Of a DNA stretch of 64,000 bases, positions 46,407-56,170 are shown piece by piece. This stretch comes from Planctomycetota bacterium (GTDB lineage Bacteria; Planctomycetota; GCA-002687715; DRQF01), in contig JALTLO010000193.1 of the NCBI GenBank assembly GCA_027001995.1, positions 1 through 64,000 on the forward strand, in the 5' to 3' direction. Positions within the stretch are counted from its first letter, which is position 1; each line of letters starts with the position of its first letter. The position numbers and the translations under genes are program-made. The notes below the pieces were generated by a model. That model saw only the letters and a program-made list of their open reading frames with translations. It searched no databases and was not told where the DNA came from.

Positions 46407-47420
46407 CTACTTAGAAACCATAGCTTTGATTGTGCGAAAGAGTCCTGCAGGCGATGAGAAGGTGTCGTCAACTGCTGCAGGTTCATAGCCACTGTGAACC
46501 ATGCAATTCTCGCATTTTTCGTTGTTCTCATGACCATAGCCATCCCAGTTGGTCTCGTTCATCAGTTGATCAAAGGAGTCAGCGTAACCCTCTTGGAGCA
46601 AGTAACAGGGCTTCTGCCAACCGAAGGTGTTGAAGGTCGGGTTGCCCCATGGTTTGCAGTTGTATTCGATATTGCCCTGAAGAAATTCTAAGAACATGGG
46701 AGAGTGATTGAACTCCCAACCCTTGCGTGGGTTTTCGATGATTTTCTTGAACAAAGCCTTGGTGCGCTTTCTGCCCAAAAAATGTCCCTGATCGGGGGCT
46801 TTGTCATAGCTATAGCCCGGCGAGAGCATCATGCCCTCAACCCCCAATGCCGTCATCTCGTCGAAGAAATTGCGTACCTTCTCTGGATTGGCGGCATCGA
46901 AAAGTGTCGTGTTGGTTGTGACTCGAAAGCCCATCTTGACCGCCAAACGAATGGCCGATTCAGCCTTTTCAAATGTTCCTTCGCGGCAGACGGCGAAATC
47001 ATGATCATCTTTGGAGCCGTCCATGTGAACGCTGAAGGAAAGGTATTTACTGGGTTCGTAATCCCCAGCTTTGAGCTTCTCCTCCAGGAGAATGGCATTG
47101 GTACACAAGTAGATGTATTTCTTGCGTTTCACGAGCCCCCGTACAATTTCTGGCATTTGGGGGTGCATCAGGGGCTCCCCACCAGGAATCGAGACAATAG
47201 GAGCACCACATTCTTCAACGGCGGCGAAACACTGCTCTGGGGTCAGGTCGCGCTTCAAGATGTGAGGAGGATACTGAATCTTGCCACAACCGGCACAGGA
47301 GAGGTTGCAACGAAACAACGGCTCCAGCATGAGAACAAGCGGATATCGTTTTCGGCGCAGTAGCTTCTGCTTCAAAATATAGCTGCTAACTGTCCAGGCT
47401 TGTGAAATAGGCACAGGCAT
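46407..47420 (-). CDS. hpnH: Adenosyl-hopene transferase HpnH (radical SAM, hopanoid biosynthesis)
   Basis: YPLVLMLEPLFRCNLSCAGCGKIQYP, SIPGGEPL and CENCMVHSGYE; true start ATG 47420 after GGAG. Confidence 0.93.
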   Translation of the reverse strand: MPVPISQAWTVSSYILKQKLLRRKRYPLVLMLEPLFRCNLSCAGCGKIQYPPHILKRDLTPEQCFAAVEECGAPIVSIPGGEPLMHPQMPEIVRGLVKRKKYIYLCTNAILLEEKLKAGDYEPSKYLSFSVHMDGSKDDHDFAVCREGTFEKAESAIRLAVKMGFRVTTNTTLFDAANPEKVRNFFDEMTALGVEGMMLSPGYSYDKAPDQGHFLGRKRTKALFKKIIENPRKGWEFNHSPMFLEFLQGNIEYNCKPWGNPTFNTFGWQKPCYLLQEGYADSFDQLMNETNWDGYGHENNEKCENCMVHSGYEPAAVDDTFSSPAGLFRTIKAMVSK

Positions 47421-47562
47421 GCAAAATCTCCCTTGGATGACATGGTAAGTGCCCTTTGGCCCAGCACAAGGTGAGGGCAGAAGGAATCCCAAGTGCCCAT
47501 GGTTGCCAGACTCGCCCCAACCCCCTACCGTGCAACAAGAACCACGATTCAGGAGAACCATC

Positions 47563-49041
47563 GTGTCCAAACTCAGCTTTAGCAATTCGACCAGTGCCGC
47601 CCTCAAAGGGGCCTCGATCCAAGTTTTTGCCGCCCCCCAGGCCTTTTTCGCCAAAGGTTGGCTGACCAAAGTGGATGGCGCCAAACTCCCTGCCAATGTC
47701 CTCGCAGCGGCCAAGTCCGCCAAAGCAGGCAGCAGTGCCACAATAATCAACTCTCTCATCAGCAACGACGGCAAGACCCGCTGCGTCATCTGTGTTTTGC
47801 CCGACAAAGTAAGCCGCCACAATAGCCCCAGCCGTGGAGATGCCATCCGATCGGCCATGGGATCTGCTGGAATCGCTGGAGAAAAAGCCGTCGCCATCGT
47901 CTTGGGCTTAGATGACATCGAACACTATTTGGCTGCGGCCAATAGTGTGGCGACGAAGCTCCCTATCTTCACTCGCAAAAACGGCAAGAAGATCGTCGCG
48001 GGAGGGGCAAAAATCGCCGCCTGCGCCCAAGACGGCAAGTGCTTTTCGGCCTCGAAAGTGGTCAAAGAGACAGTGGCAGCCAGCAGATGGGCGGCCATGG
48101 CAGTCGATACCCACCCAGAAGAGATGACCACAGCCATCTTTGCCCGAGAAGCCAAAAAGTTAGTCAAAGGCTTAGCCCATGTACGGGTCAGCGAAATCGT
48201 CGGGCCAGAATTGCTCAAGAAAAAACTAGGAGGCATTCACGGCGTTGGGCGGGCCGCTCCCGTTGCGCCTCGCTTACTTATCATGAAGTACCAACCCAAA
48301 GGGGCCAAGAGGACTTGGGCCTTGGTAGGCAAAGGAGTCATCTACGACACCGGTGGACTGAGCCTCAAGATCGGCGGTGGCATGTGCTCGATGAAGGGTG
48401 ACATGGGAGGCGGCGCCGCCACAACGGGAGCATTCAGGGCCCTGGCTGCTTCTGGTTTCAAAGACAACGTCATCGCCCTCATCCCCTTGGCCGAAAATTC
48501 CATCGGGCCCAAGTCCTATCGCAACGACGACATCTTGACCATGCACTCAGGCAAGACCTGTGAAATCAATAACACTGATGCCGAAGGTCGATTGCTCCTG
48601 GCAGATGCCGTTAGCTATGCCGCCAGGACCTTTAAGCCTGACATCGTCGTCGATGCTGCGACTCTCACCGGCGCTCAATTGATCGCCACAGGCCTCCGCC
48701 ATGCAGCCATCGTCAGCAACCGAGAAGGCGTTGAAAGCAAAGCCTTGCAAGTGGGCCGAGAAAGTGGTGACCTCACCCATGCCCTCCCTTTCGCGCCAGA
48801 ATTCTATCAAGCGGAATTCGCCAGCAAATGTGCTGATATGCGCAACTCAGTTGCCAATCGCGCCAATGCTCAGTCCAGTTGTGCCGCTCAATTCATCTAC
48901 GCCCACATCGAAGACTTGGACCCGGCTTGGTTGCACATTGATTTGGCTGGCCCGGCTTGGCGAGAAGGAAGAGGCACTGGCTACGGCGTTGCTTTGATGT
49001 CTCAGTTGCTCAGAAACCTAAAGCCCGGTGATCTGAAATAG
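47563..49041 (+). CDS. M17 leucyl aminopeptidase family, NPEPL1-like
   Basis: GKGVIYDTGG, MKGDMGG and NTDAEGRL; AGGAG RBS before GTG 47563. Confidence 0.9.
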   Translation: MSKLSFSNSTSAALKGASIQVFAAPQAFFAKGWLTKVDGAKLPANVLAAAKSAKAGSSATIINSLISNDGKTRCVICVLPDKVSRHNSPSRGDAIRSAMGSAGIAGEKAVAIVLGLDDIEHYLAAANSVATKLPIFTRKNGKKIVAGGAKIAACAQDGKCFSASKVVKETVAASRWAAMAVDTHPEEMTTAIFAREAKKLVKGLAHVRVSEIVGPELLKKKLGGIHGVGRAAPVAPRLLIMKYQPKGAKRTWALVGKGVIYDTGGLSLKIGGGMCSMKGDMGGGAATTGAFRALAASGFKDNVIALIPLAENSIGPKSYRNDDILTMHSGKTCEINNTDAEGRLLLADAVSYAARTFKPDIVVDAATLTGAQLIATGLRHAAIVSNREGVESKALQVGRESGDLTHALPFAPEFYQAEFASKCADMRNSVANRANAQSSCAAQFIYAHIEDLDPAWLHIDLAGPAWREGRGTGYGVALMSQLLRNLKPGDLK

Positions 49042-49058
49042 GCCTTCGCCAAAGATCG

Positions 49059-49097
49059 TTCCAGGCATGGTGTCAGTTCTTGGTGCCATGCCTGGAA
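49059..49097. terminator. Hairpin between convergent genes
   Basis: TTCCAGGCATGG...CCATGCCTGGAA inverted repeat. Confidence 0.6.
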
Positions 49098-49104
49098 TCA
49101 TCGT

Positions 49105-49569
49105 CTATTTCTTCGCCATCTTACAGATGTGATCGAAATGCTTCTTCGACACTGGCTGAACGGAAAGGCGTGACCCTTTGGCGGTCAATGCCAAACCGTC
49201 AAGCTTCTCTTCCGCCTTCAACTCCACCAAAGTAAGGGGTCGGTCAAAGATCTCTTTCAACTTGATATCGACCATATACCAACGGGGGCTGTCTTGGGTC
49301 GCTTTAGGATCGTAATGGCTATCTTCGGCATCAAACTGTGTGTGGTCCGGGTAGCCTTCTTTGACGATTTCAACGACGCCAACAATGGCCATAGGTTTCA
49401 CCCGGCTATGATAGAAGAAAGCCAAGTCGCCTTTCTTCATCTCGTCCCGCATGATGTTTCGGGCCTGATAGTTACGCACACCATCCCAAAAAGTGGTTTT
49501 TCCCTTTTCTTTGAGCATAGCCTCGATGGGATAGACATTCGGCTCAGACTTAAACAACCAATACTTCAT
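49105..49569 (-). CDS. EVE domain protein
   Basis: YWLFKSEP, WDGVRNYQARN, FFYHS and SRLSVQPV. Confidence 0.93.
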   Translation of the reverse strand: MKYWLFKSEPNVYPIEAMLKEKGKTTFWDGVRNYQARNIMRDEMKKGDLAFFYHSRVKPMAIVGVVEIVKEGYPDHTQFDAEDSHYDPKATQDSPRWYMVDIKLKEIFDRPLTLVELKAEEKLDGLALTAKGSRLSVQPVSKKHFDHICKMAKK

Positions 49570-50138
49570 GAATTAGCCCTGCCGAGAAACTCACCTGTGC
49601 GGGTATCAACCCGAGCGATATGCCCTTGGGAGATATGCTCTGGGACTTGCACCACATGGCCCGTTTCCAGAGTCGCTGGCTTTTGGCGAGCAGTCGCTGA
49701 ATTTCCTTTGACGCTGGGAGCGCACTCGGTGATTTCTAGCTCAACGATCTGAGGGAGCTCCATGCCGATGATCTCTTCGTTGTAGACCATCGATTTGAGA
49801 CCTTCCATTTCTTCTTTCAAGAAGTTGATTTCCCATTCTAAGTCTTCAGCCTGGAGAGAAAACTGCTCGTAGTTTTCTGAGTCCATGAAGTGATAGGCAT
49901 CTTGATCCTTGTAAAGGAAGCTGATGGCACGCTTATCGAAATCAGGCACGCCAAATGTCTCGCCACCACGAAACGACTTGTCGCTCTTTTGTTTCGTCTT
50001 CAGGTTGCGCAAACGCACTTTGTGAATCGTGGCACCGCCCCGAGCCTGAGGGCTCGATACAGTCAATTTCTCCACCATGCAGGGTGCCCCATCAAAATCG
50101 ATGATCAGGCCCTTTTTGAGATCGCTCGTCGTATACAT
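49566..50138 (-). CDS. yeiP: Elongation factor P-like protein (EfpL/YeiP type)
   Basis: EF-P fold motifs (FMDSENYEQ, KPATLETG..VQVP, VDTRTGEF) with loop SPQARGGAT instead of PGKG. Confidence 0.8.
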   Translation of the reverse strand: MYTTSDLKKGLIIDFDGAPCMVEKLTVSSPQARGGATIHKVRLRNLKTKQKSDKSFRGGETFGVPDFDKRAISFLYKDQDAYHFMDSENYEQFSLQAEDLEWEINFLKEEMEGLKSMVYNEEIIGMELPQIVELEITECAPSVKGNSATARQKPATLETGHVVQVPEHISQGHIARVDTRTGEFLGRANS

Positions 50139-50411
50139 GTCGTTTCTCCGATTGGGCAAGATTGTGCCAAGTCGCAGACGGAAGTCCAACCTCGAAAAAC
50201 GAGCGATAGCCCGACTTATTCATGAGATCGTGATCGTTGTGTGAGAAAATACCCCGCAGAGAACGATTGGTACTGCAATTCCGATTCGTTCTCTTCGAAA
50301 CACAATACAGCCAGTGAGCGCCGCGAGGTCGTGAATAATTCGGGTTAAGACCAATTCTGAGGCCGAATCACAGTTCTGCTCAAGTCATCCAGTGTATTTC
50401 CAGCCAGAGAA

Positions 50412-51716
50412 TCACCAAATCGACAAGAGCCAAGTGGGAGGTGTCCAATCGAAATTGACTCGTAAGAATCGCAGCAAGGTTTGCGGATACTCTGGCCCAA
50501 CGGAACCAGAAACTGCTCCCTGCACCATACCTTCGTGCATCGAATAAAAAGCTAGAGCAATTCCAAGAACCAGAACCCACCGTCGGCATCGAAGTAAAGT
50601 AGCCGCCGCCAGGATGCAAAGAGCCGGGATCATGGGTGCCAGGTAACGCAACTGAAACCCCATACCATTCAAGCCAATGGCAGACATGAATAAAAAGAAA
50701 GACCCGCCCCACAGTAAAGGAATGCTCATCCAAGGCTCTCTAAGATTTCGACGGGCACAGCCCAATGCGAAAACCAACACGGGTGACACAAGAAACAAAG
50801 CTACAACGTAGTATAGGGGAGTCCGATCAAGCATCTGGGCGATGAAGGGAAAATTCTCCACCATCCAAGGGGTGGGCGCAGAAAGACGCAAGAATGATCC
50901 GTCAACGCGGGCACAAAACACCATCCAAGAAAAAACCGGCAAGACCGCACAGGTCCAATAGGCCCCTCGTGCCCAGGGTGCCGATTCCACAGAAGAAGAC
51001 TTCCAAGTGAGAAAGATCGCTGGAGCAATCAGGCATGCGGGAAGTTTCGTTAGACATGCAAGCCCCAAAACCAACCCGGCCAAGATATGGCGAAGCAGAG
51101 ATCCTTTTGCCGCCGCCCAGGATGCCGCCAGCACGCTGGCCACCACAGTGCATTGGAGCATGGAGTCAATCCACAAACGCTCAGCTACGACCCAAGAGGT
51201 CGCTTCTGTTGCCAAGAGAAAGGCGCCAAGCAATCCGACACCATTTCCTCCCCAGCGCCGCCCCAAGAACCCCGTAAAAATCACGGCCAAGACATGGAAG
51301 AATGCAGAAACCAAGACACCATTCGAAGCACCAAAGAACTCTTCTGACAGAGACAACGCCAAAGGGAAAGCAAATGGGTGATGGAAGATCGGTCGATCGT
51401 AGATGGATACGTCAAAACGAGGAGAGCGCACACCAGATTGATCTAAAGGGTAGTAGAGCAATTCCACGGAGGACGGGAGCTCATCGGGCAAATGAGGCCC
51501 CAAGATTCTTGCCAAGAAAGCACTTGCAGCCTCCCCTTCAAGTGGCCCTTGCAAGTCGTAACGCATGGGAGACTCTTTGAGACGAAGAGCTAAGTAGGAG
51601 TAAACCATTTCATCGGGTTCGTTGTGGACGATCTTCAAGCTACGGCAGTGAACGGCAAAAATCACCACTGCCAGCAAAGACAAACCGAAAAGAAAATGGC
51701 CTTGAGTTAACTTCAC
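50412..51716 (-). CDS. GT-C membrane glycosyltransferase (ArnT/PMT_2, GT39-like)
   Basis: PDE..Y, HHP, W.D, LACLTK and RYLAP motifs with multiple TM helices. Confidence 0.75.
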   Translation of the reverse strand: MKLTQGHFLFGLSLLAVVIFAVHCRSLKIVHNEPDEMVYSYLALRLKESPMRYDLQGPLEGEAASAFLARILGPHLPDELPSSVELLYYPLDQSGVRSPRFDVSIYDRPIFHHPFAFPLALSLSEEFFGASNGVLVSAFFHVLAVIFTGFLGRRWGGNGVGLLGAFLLATEATSWVVAERLWIDSMLQCTVVASVLAASWAAAKGSLLRHILAGLVLGLACLTKLPACLIAPAIFLTWKSSSVESAPWARGAYWTCAVLPVFSWMVFCARVDGSFLRLSAPTPWMVENFPFIAQMLDRTPLYYVVALFLVSPVLVFALGCARRNLREPWMSIPLLWGGSFFLFMSAIGLNGMGFQLRYLAPMIPALCILAAATLLRCRRWVLVLGIALAFYSMHEGMVQGAVSGSVGPEYPQTLLRFLRVNFDWTPPTWLLSIW

Positions 51717-51901
51717 AGCCTAGGGGCGTCCATAGTCAAGATTCCTCCGAGGATCGACACGCTTCTATCCATTTCAGCAATCTATCCTACCTTTATTGGA
51801 GATAACAACTTAGGCAACTCGGGAAGCGCCCTTGCCGATGCCACCAGAAAATCAAAGTCTATTTACTCATGTAAAGATATCAAAAAGCCCGAAAACGAGA
51901 T

Positions 51902-52795
51902 ATGGACACCAGGATCGATCAGAAGCTATCCTTAGACGAAATCAAAGAACGTTTGGAGGCTCTTCCCACATTGCCTGCCATCGTCATGGCTTTGTCCACC
52001 CTCGATCCTATGTCCCCAGACTTCCCTCGCAAGATCCGCGACTTGGTCAGCCAAGAGCCAGCCATGTGCACCCGCGTTCTCCAAAGGGTCAATTCAGCCC
52101 GGTTTGCACCAGTGCAAGACGTGGTTTCCGTGCGGGAAGGTTTGACGCGATTGGGGGCGGATGAAGTCGCGAAGTTGCTCACCTCACTATCGGTCGTGCA
52201 AGTTTTCGTTCCCTATACCGAATCCCAGAAGAACCTCTGGCGTCATGCCCTCCAATGTGCCATCGCCGCCCGGGCCATCGCCAACGCGAGCTGTTTGCCT
52301 GTGCCACCGGAAGAAGCAGCGACTTGCGGCCTCCTCCACGACCTGGGACGATTCGTCATGCTGCAATTCGACCCCAAGGACTTAAGTCGAATCGAAGAAT
52401 CTGGGTGGAATGACGTCCACAACTTAGTGGCAACAGAACGCGATATTTGCGGATTCGACCACGCCCACCTGGGAACCATTGCGGCAAAACACTGGGGCCT
52501 TCCCCAAAAGATCATCGATGTCATAGCCTGGCATCACACCTATGACACCATCGATGCTCCCCAATCAGTCGTCCAATTGACCCGCGTCATCCAGGTCGCC
52601 GACTCCCTCAGCGTATGCCTCATGAACGGGAAATGCGATCAAGGTCTCAGCCCAGATTGCTTAGCAGAATACCTCGAAAAATCTTGCAACAACCCTGACT
52701 GGCACAACCGCCCCCTCTCCGGCGCCAAACTCGCCACCCTCGTCGACAAGGTCAAACACGAATCCGAAGAGCAATTCAAAACTCTCGGCCTCTAA
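51902..52795 (+). CDS. Stand-alone HDOD domain protein
   Basis: LPTLP..VNSA..LG..LWRHA..GLLHDLG..DHA..W.LP..HH. Confidence 0.9.
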   Translation: MDTRIDQKLSLDEIKERLEALPTLPAIVMALSTLDPMSPDFPRKIRDLVSQEPAMCTRVLQRVNSARFAPVQDVVSVREGLTRLGADEVAKLLTSLSVVQVFVPYTESQKNLWRHALQCAIAARAIANASCLPVPPEEAATCGLLHDLGRFVMLQFDPKDLSRIEESGWNDVHNLVATERDICGFDHAHLGTIAAKHWGLPQKIIDVIAWHHTYDTIDAPQSVVQLTRVIQVADSLSVCLMNGKCDQGLSPDCLAEYLEKSCNNPDWHNRPLSGAKLATLVDKVKHESEEQFKTLGL

Positions 52796-52823
52796 CCTTC
52801 AATAGAGCGATTTGGAGCAAAAT

Positions 52824-53393
52824 TTAGGCTATTTGCGCCCATTCAGCGGCAAGAATTGCGAAGCAGGTTTCGTCGGTCCATTCATGCCATTCTTCGTCCC
52901 ACCAACACGCGATCTCAAGACCCTCGCGGCGAAAGTTCAATCGTTCGAAGAGTCCCATGGAGGGCTCATTGCGTGGGTCAACCCGGGCTGTGATGCGGTT
53001 GAGCCCAATTGCGAAAAGATGAGTGAACAACAGCTTGCAGGATCGAGTTGCCAAACCGCGACCATGCCAAGCTGGGTTGAGTACGATGCCGATTTCCATT
53101 TGCTTGCCAGGATCAAAGGCCCCCGTGCCCATGTCGCCAACGATGTGCTTCTGGCCATGTTCATCCTGCACTTCGATCACAAGCTGGAATGGCTCCGCTT
53201 GCATGCCTGGGGCCCGCCCCACTTGTTCATGAGCGAGCTCAACAACTTCGGCACTCGTCTTCGGCCTCCACCCCTGATAACGAGCCACTTCTGGCATGGT
53301 CCGGCAGCGTTGAACAATCGGCGCATCTTCAGGCCCCATGGGGCGGAGGCAAAGCTCATTGTCCATCAACATGAAAGTATGCGCCATGGTCAA
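52824..53393 (-). CDS. RimJ/RimL-family GNAT N-acetyltransferase
   Basis: VARYQGW, EIG, WHGRGLA, RITARVDPRN..S and FRREG. Confidence 0.88.
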   Translation of the reverse strand: MTMAHTFMLMDNELCLRPMGPEDAPIVQRCRTMPEVARYQGWRPKTSAEVVELAHEQVGRAPGMQAEPFQLVIEVQDEHGQKHIVGDMGTGAFDPGKQMEIGIVLNPAWHGRGLATRSCKLLFTHLFAIGLNRITARVDPRNEPSMGLFERLNFRREGLEIACWWDEEWHEWTDETCFAILAAEWAQIA

Positions 53394-53402
53394 GATGCCG
53401 TT

Positions 53403-54701
53403 CTACGTCGAATAAAACCGCTCTAAAACCCGGACCATCATGGGGTGATCGGCGCTGCCGCCCATCTCGCGGCAGGAGTGCATCGACAACATGGGGTTGC
53501 CCACATCCACAGCTTGCACTCCTAAGCGGGTGGTGGTGAGAGGACCAATGGTTGAACCACAGCCCAAATCACTACGCATGACAAAATTCTGGCATGGGAC
53601 TTCCAAGTCAGAACAAAGTTTGGCGAACTGAGCGGCACTCTCGGCCTGGGTTGCATAGCGGGCATTGGCATTGGTCTTGATCACTGGGCCACCATTGATC
53701 AAAGGCATGTGATTCGGATCATGCTTGTCGGCGTAGTTGGGGTGAACAGCGTGGGCCATGTCGGCGGAGATCACCGTGGTGTTGGCTTTAGCTCGACACC
53801 AAAAGTCTTCGCGGCCATCAGCGCTGAAAGACAAGCGACGCATGATGTCCTCGAGAAAAGATCCGGCGGCACCTTGAGCCGAAGACGAGCCAACTTCTTC
53901 GTGATCCCAAAGCGCTAACATGCGTGTTGCTTTGGCCTCATCTTTGGCACCGGCAATAAGAGAAACAAGACCTGCGTGACAGCTCGACAAATTGTCGAGC
54001 CTGGGAGCAAAAATGAACTCCTGATTCATGCCACCGAAGGAGGGTTTCTCAAGAACGTGAAACATCAGCTCAAATGAGGCGATGTCGTTTTTGCTCTTGA
54101 TGCCGAGCTGGTCTGCCAGCCAATCGGCGAAATCCTCCGTCGAAGTGGCCAACCCCACCACGGGCGCCATGTGCTTTTGAGCGTTGAGCTTAAGCCCAGC
54201 GCTATTCACTTCCCGGTTGAGATGGATTGCCAACTGAGGAACACGCCCTAAGGGTTCATTCACTTGCAACAAGCGAGACTCAAGAGTGCCCCCCTGGTTG
54301 ACCAAGACCCGACCAGAAAGGCCCAAGTCGCGATCCGTCCAAGTTGCCAATAAAACGCCGCCATAGATTTCGACGCCCACTTGGCGATAGCCATTCTTGT
54401 CATAGCCACCTTGGGGTTTCACTCTCAGGTTAGGGCTATCTGTGTGGGCCCCCACAATGCGAAACCCATTCTCAGAAAGATCACCATCGCCTTGAATGAA
54501 AGCAACGATGGAAGAGTCGTTTCGTTTGACAAAATAGCGACCGTTAGCTTCTGTCTTCCAACTGTCTTTTTCGGCCAACTCTGAGAAACCAGCAGCCTCA
54601 AGGCGACTTGCGGTTTCGGCTACGGCATGAAATGGGCTGGGAGCAGCTTCGATGTAGTTGAGCATGTCCTGGCAACAGCCCTGGGCGTCACTTAGACCCA
54701 T
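53403..54701 (-). CDS. M18 family (aspartyl) aminopeptidase
   Basis: SPFHAV, GAHTDSP, RLDNL, DHEEVGS, SADMAHAVHPNY and LSMHS. Start is 54701 or 54665. Confidence 0.92.
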   Translation of the reverse strand: MGLSDAQGCCQDMLNYIEAAPSPFHAVAETASRLEAAGFSELAEKDSWKTEANGRYFVKRNDSSIVAFIQGDGDLSENGFRIVGAHTDSPNLRVKPQGGYDKNGYRQVGVEIYGGVLLATWTDRDLGLSGRVLVNQGGTLESRLLQVNEPLGRVPQLAIHLNREVNSAGLKLNAQKHMAPVVGLATSTEDFADWLADQLGIKSKNDIASFELMFHVLEKPSFGGMNQEFIFAPRLDNLSSCHAGLVSLIAGAKDEAKATRMLALWDHEEVGSSSAQGAAGSFLEDIMRRLSFSADGREDFWCRAKANTTVISADMAHAVHPNYADKHDPNHMPLINGGPVIKTNANARYATQAESAAQFAKLCSDLEVPCQNFVMRSDLGCGSTIGPLTTTRLGVQAVDVGNPMLSMHSCREMGGSADHPMMVRVLERFYST

Positions 54702-55978
54702 CCGCGAATCTCCATAGCCCGTGCCACACGACGAACGGCCACAACATAGGCGGCAATACGCATGTTCACTTCGCAACCTTTGTGTTCATGATAAACAGCA
54801 TGAAAAGCCTTCGTCATCTTGTCGTCTAGACGCTGCTGCACTTCTTCCAAAGTCCAATAATAGTTGGCTCCGTTCTGAACCTGTTCAAAATAGGAAACGG
54901 TCACACCGCCGGCGTTCGCCAAGAAATCGGGAATAACAAAGACGTTCTTGCCGCACAGAATACTATCGCCTTCTGGTGTGGTTGGTCCATTCGCCAGTTC
55001 GCAGCAAATCTTGGCTTTGATGCGCGGGGCATTTTCTTTGGTGATGACGTTTTCCAAGGCCGAAGGAAAAATGACATCGACCTCCAATTCCAACAGGTCG
55101 CCATTAGAAATAGCTTCACTGCCGGGAAACCCAATAACAGACCCCGTGGTCATCTTGTGTTTGATGACTTCCTGGGGATCAAGGCCCACCCTGTTGTAGA
55201 TGCCGCCTTTAGAATCAGAAACAGCCACCAAGGTGTTTCCCTCTCCTAAGAGTTCTTTCATCAGCAGACCGGCATTTTGGCCAGCGTTTCCGAATCCTTG
55301 GATGGCGTAGGAAAGATTACCTGTCTCCATACCCAAACATTTCGTCGCTTCTCGAACGCAGAAAATGCCACCTCTGGCGGTGGCATCACCACGCCCGAGA
55401 GATCCGCCCACTTCCACTGGCTTTCCCGTAAAAGCTCCAGGCTCGTTGAAGCCTTTTTGCCAATAGTACTCATCCATCATCCAGGCCATGATTTGCGGAT
55501 TGGTGTAGACATCTGGAGCGGGGACATCTTTGTCGATACCGATGATACGCCCAACTTGCTTAACATATTGGCGACTGAGACGTTCGAGTTCGTTGGCAGA
55601 AAGTTCCTTGGGGTTGCAGATCACACCGCCCTTGCCGCCGCCTAAGGGAATGTCAACAACCGCTGTCTTCCAGGTCATCCATGCGCCCAAAGCGCGAACC
55701 GTGTCAATGGTCTCGTCAGGATGAAAGCGAATGCCACCTTTTGTTGGGCCACGGGCATCGTTGTATTGCACGCGAAACCCCTTAAAAACCTTAACCGTCC
55801 CATCGTCCATCTTAACTGGCAGGCTCACATGAAGCTCCCGCAGGGGCTCCATCAAGGCGGCTAAAGTACCCTCGGAAAGATTAAGAATCTTGTTGGCCTC
55901 TCGCAGCTGGGCTTGAGCAATCTTGAAAGGATTTTCTTGGTGGGCCGAAATAGCTGCCTGGTCATCTTTTTGGTTCAT
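54692..55978 (-). CDS. gdhA: Glu/Leu/Phe/Val dehydrogenase (glutamate dehydrogenase)
   Basis: GPTKGGIRFHP, GGGKGG, DVPAPDV, GFGNAG and NAGGVTVSYFE. Confidence 0.92.
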   Translation of the reverse strand: MNQKDDQAAISAHQENPFKIAQAQLREANKILNLSEGTLAALMEPLRELHVSLPVKMDDGTVKVFKGFRVQYNDARGPTKGGIRFHPDETIDTVRALGAWMTWKTAVVDIPLGGGKGGVICNPKELSANELERLSRQYVKQVGRIIGIDKDVPAPDVYTNPQIMAWMMDEYYWQKGFNEPGAFTGKPVEVGGSLGRGDATARGGIFCVREATKCLGMETGNLSYAIQGFGNAGQNAGLLMKELLGEGNTLVAVSDSKGGIYNRVGLDPQEVIKHKMTTGSVIGFPGSEAISNGDLLELEVDVIFPSALENVITKENAPRIKAKICCELANGPTTPEGDSILCGKNVFVIPDFLANAGGVTVSYFEQVQNGANYYWTLEEVQQRLDDKMTKAFHAVYHEHKGCEVNMRIAAYVVAVRRVARAMEIRGWV

Positions 55979-56170
55979 CGATCGAGTCTCCCTCGGATAC
56001 TTCATGTGAATAGCTCTTTTTTCACGGTTATGACCAAATCTGTCAACCGGGCAGAGCAATCAATGCCAGATTTACTGGGGGTGAGACAAGATTCTTGCCG
56101 TCAAAGAAGTCTCTTCGTTTCTTTATTCGGAATGACCTATGTTAAGTTGGACAAGCGAAAGGAATGGACC

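Noticed and set aside
47421..47918. Long N-terminal extension of hpnH overlapping the M17 peptidase
   Set aside because: The extension is the antisense of the peptidase. Both genes have good RBS-start pairs at 47420 and 47563, so they are simply divergent.
50155..50171. Sigma-54-like TGGCAC...TTGC upstream of efpL
   Set aside because: The GG-to-GC spacing is one base short of the strict requirement.
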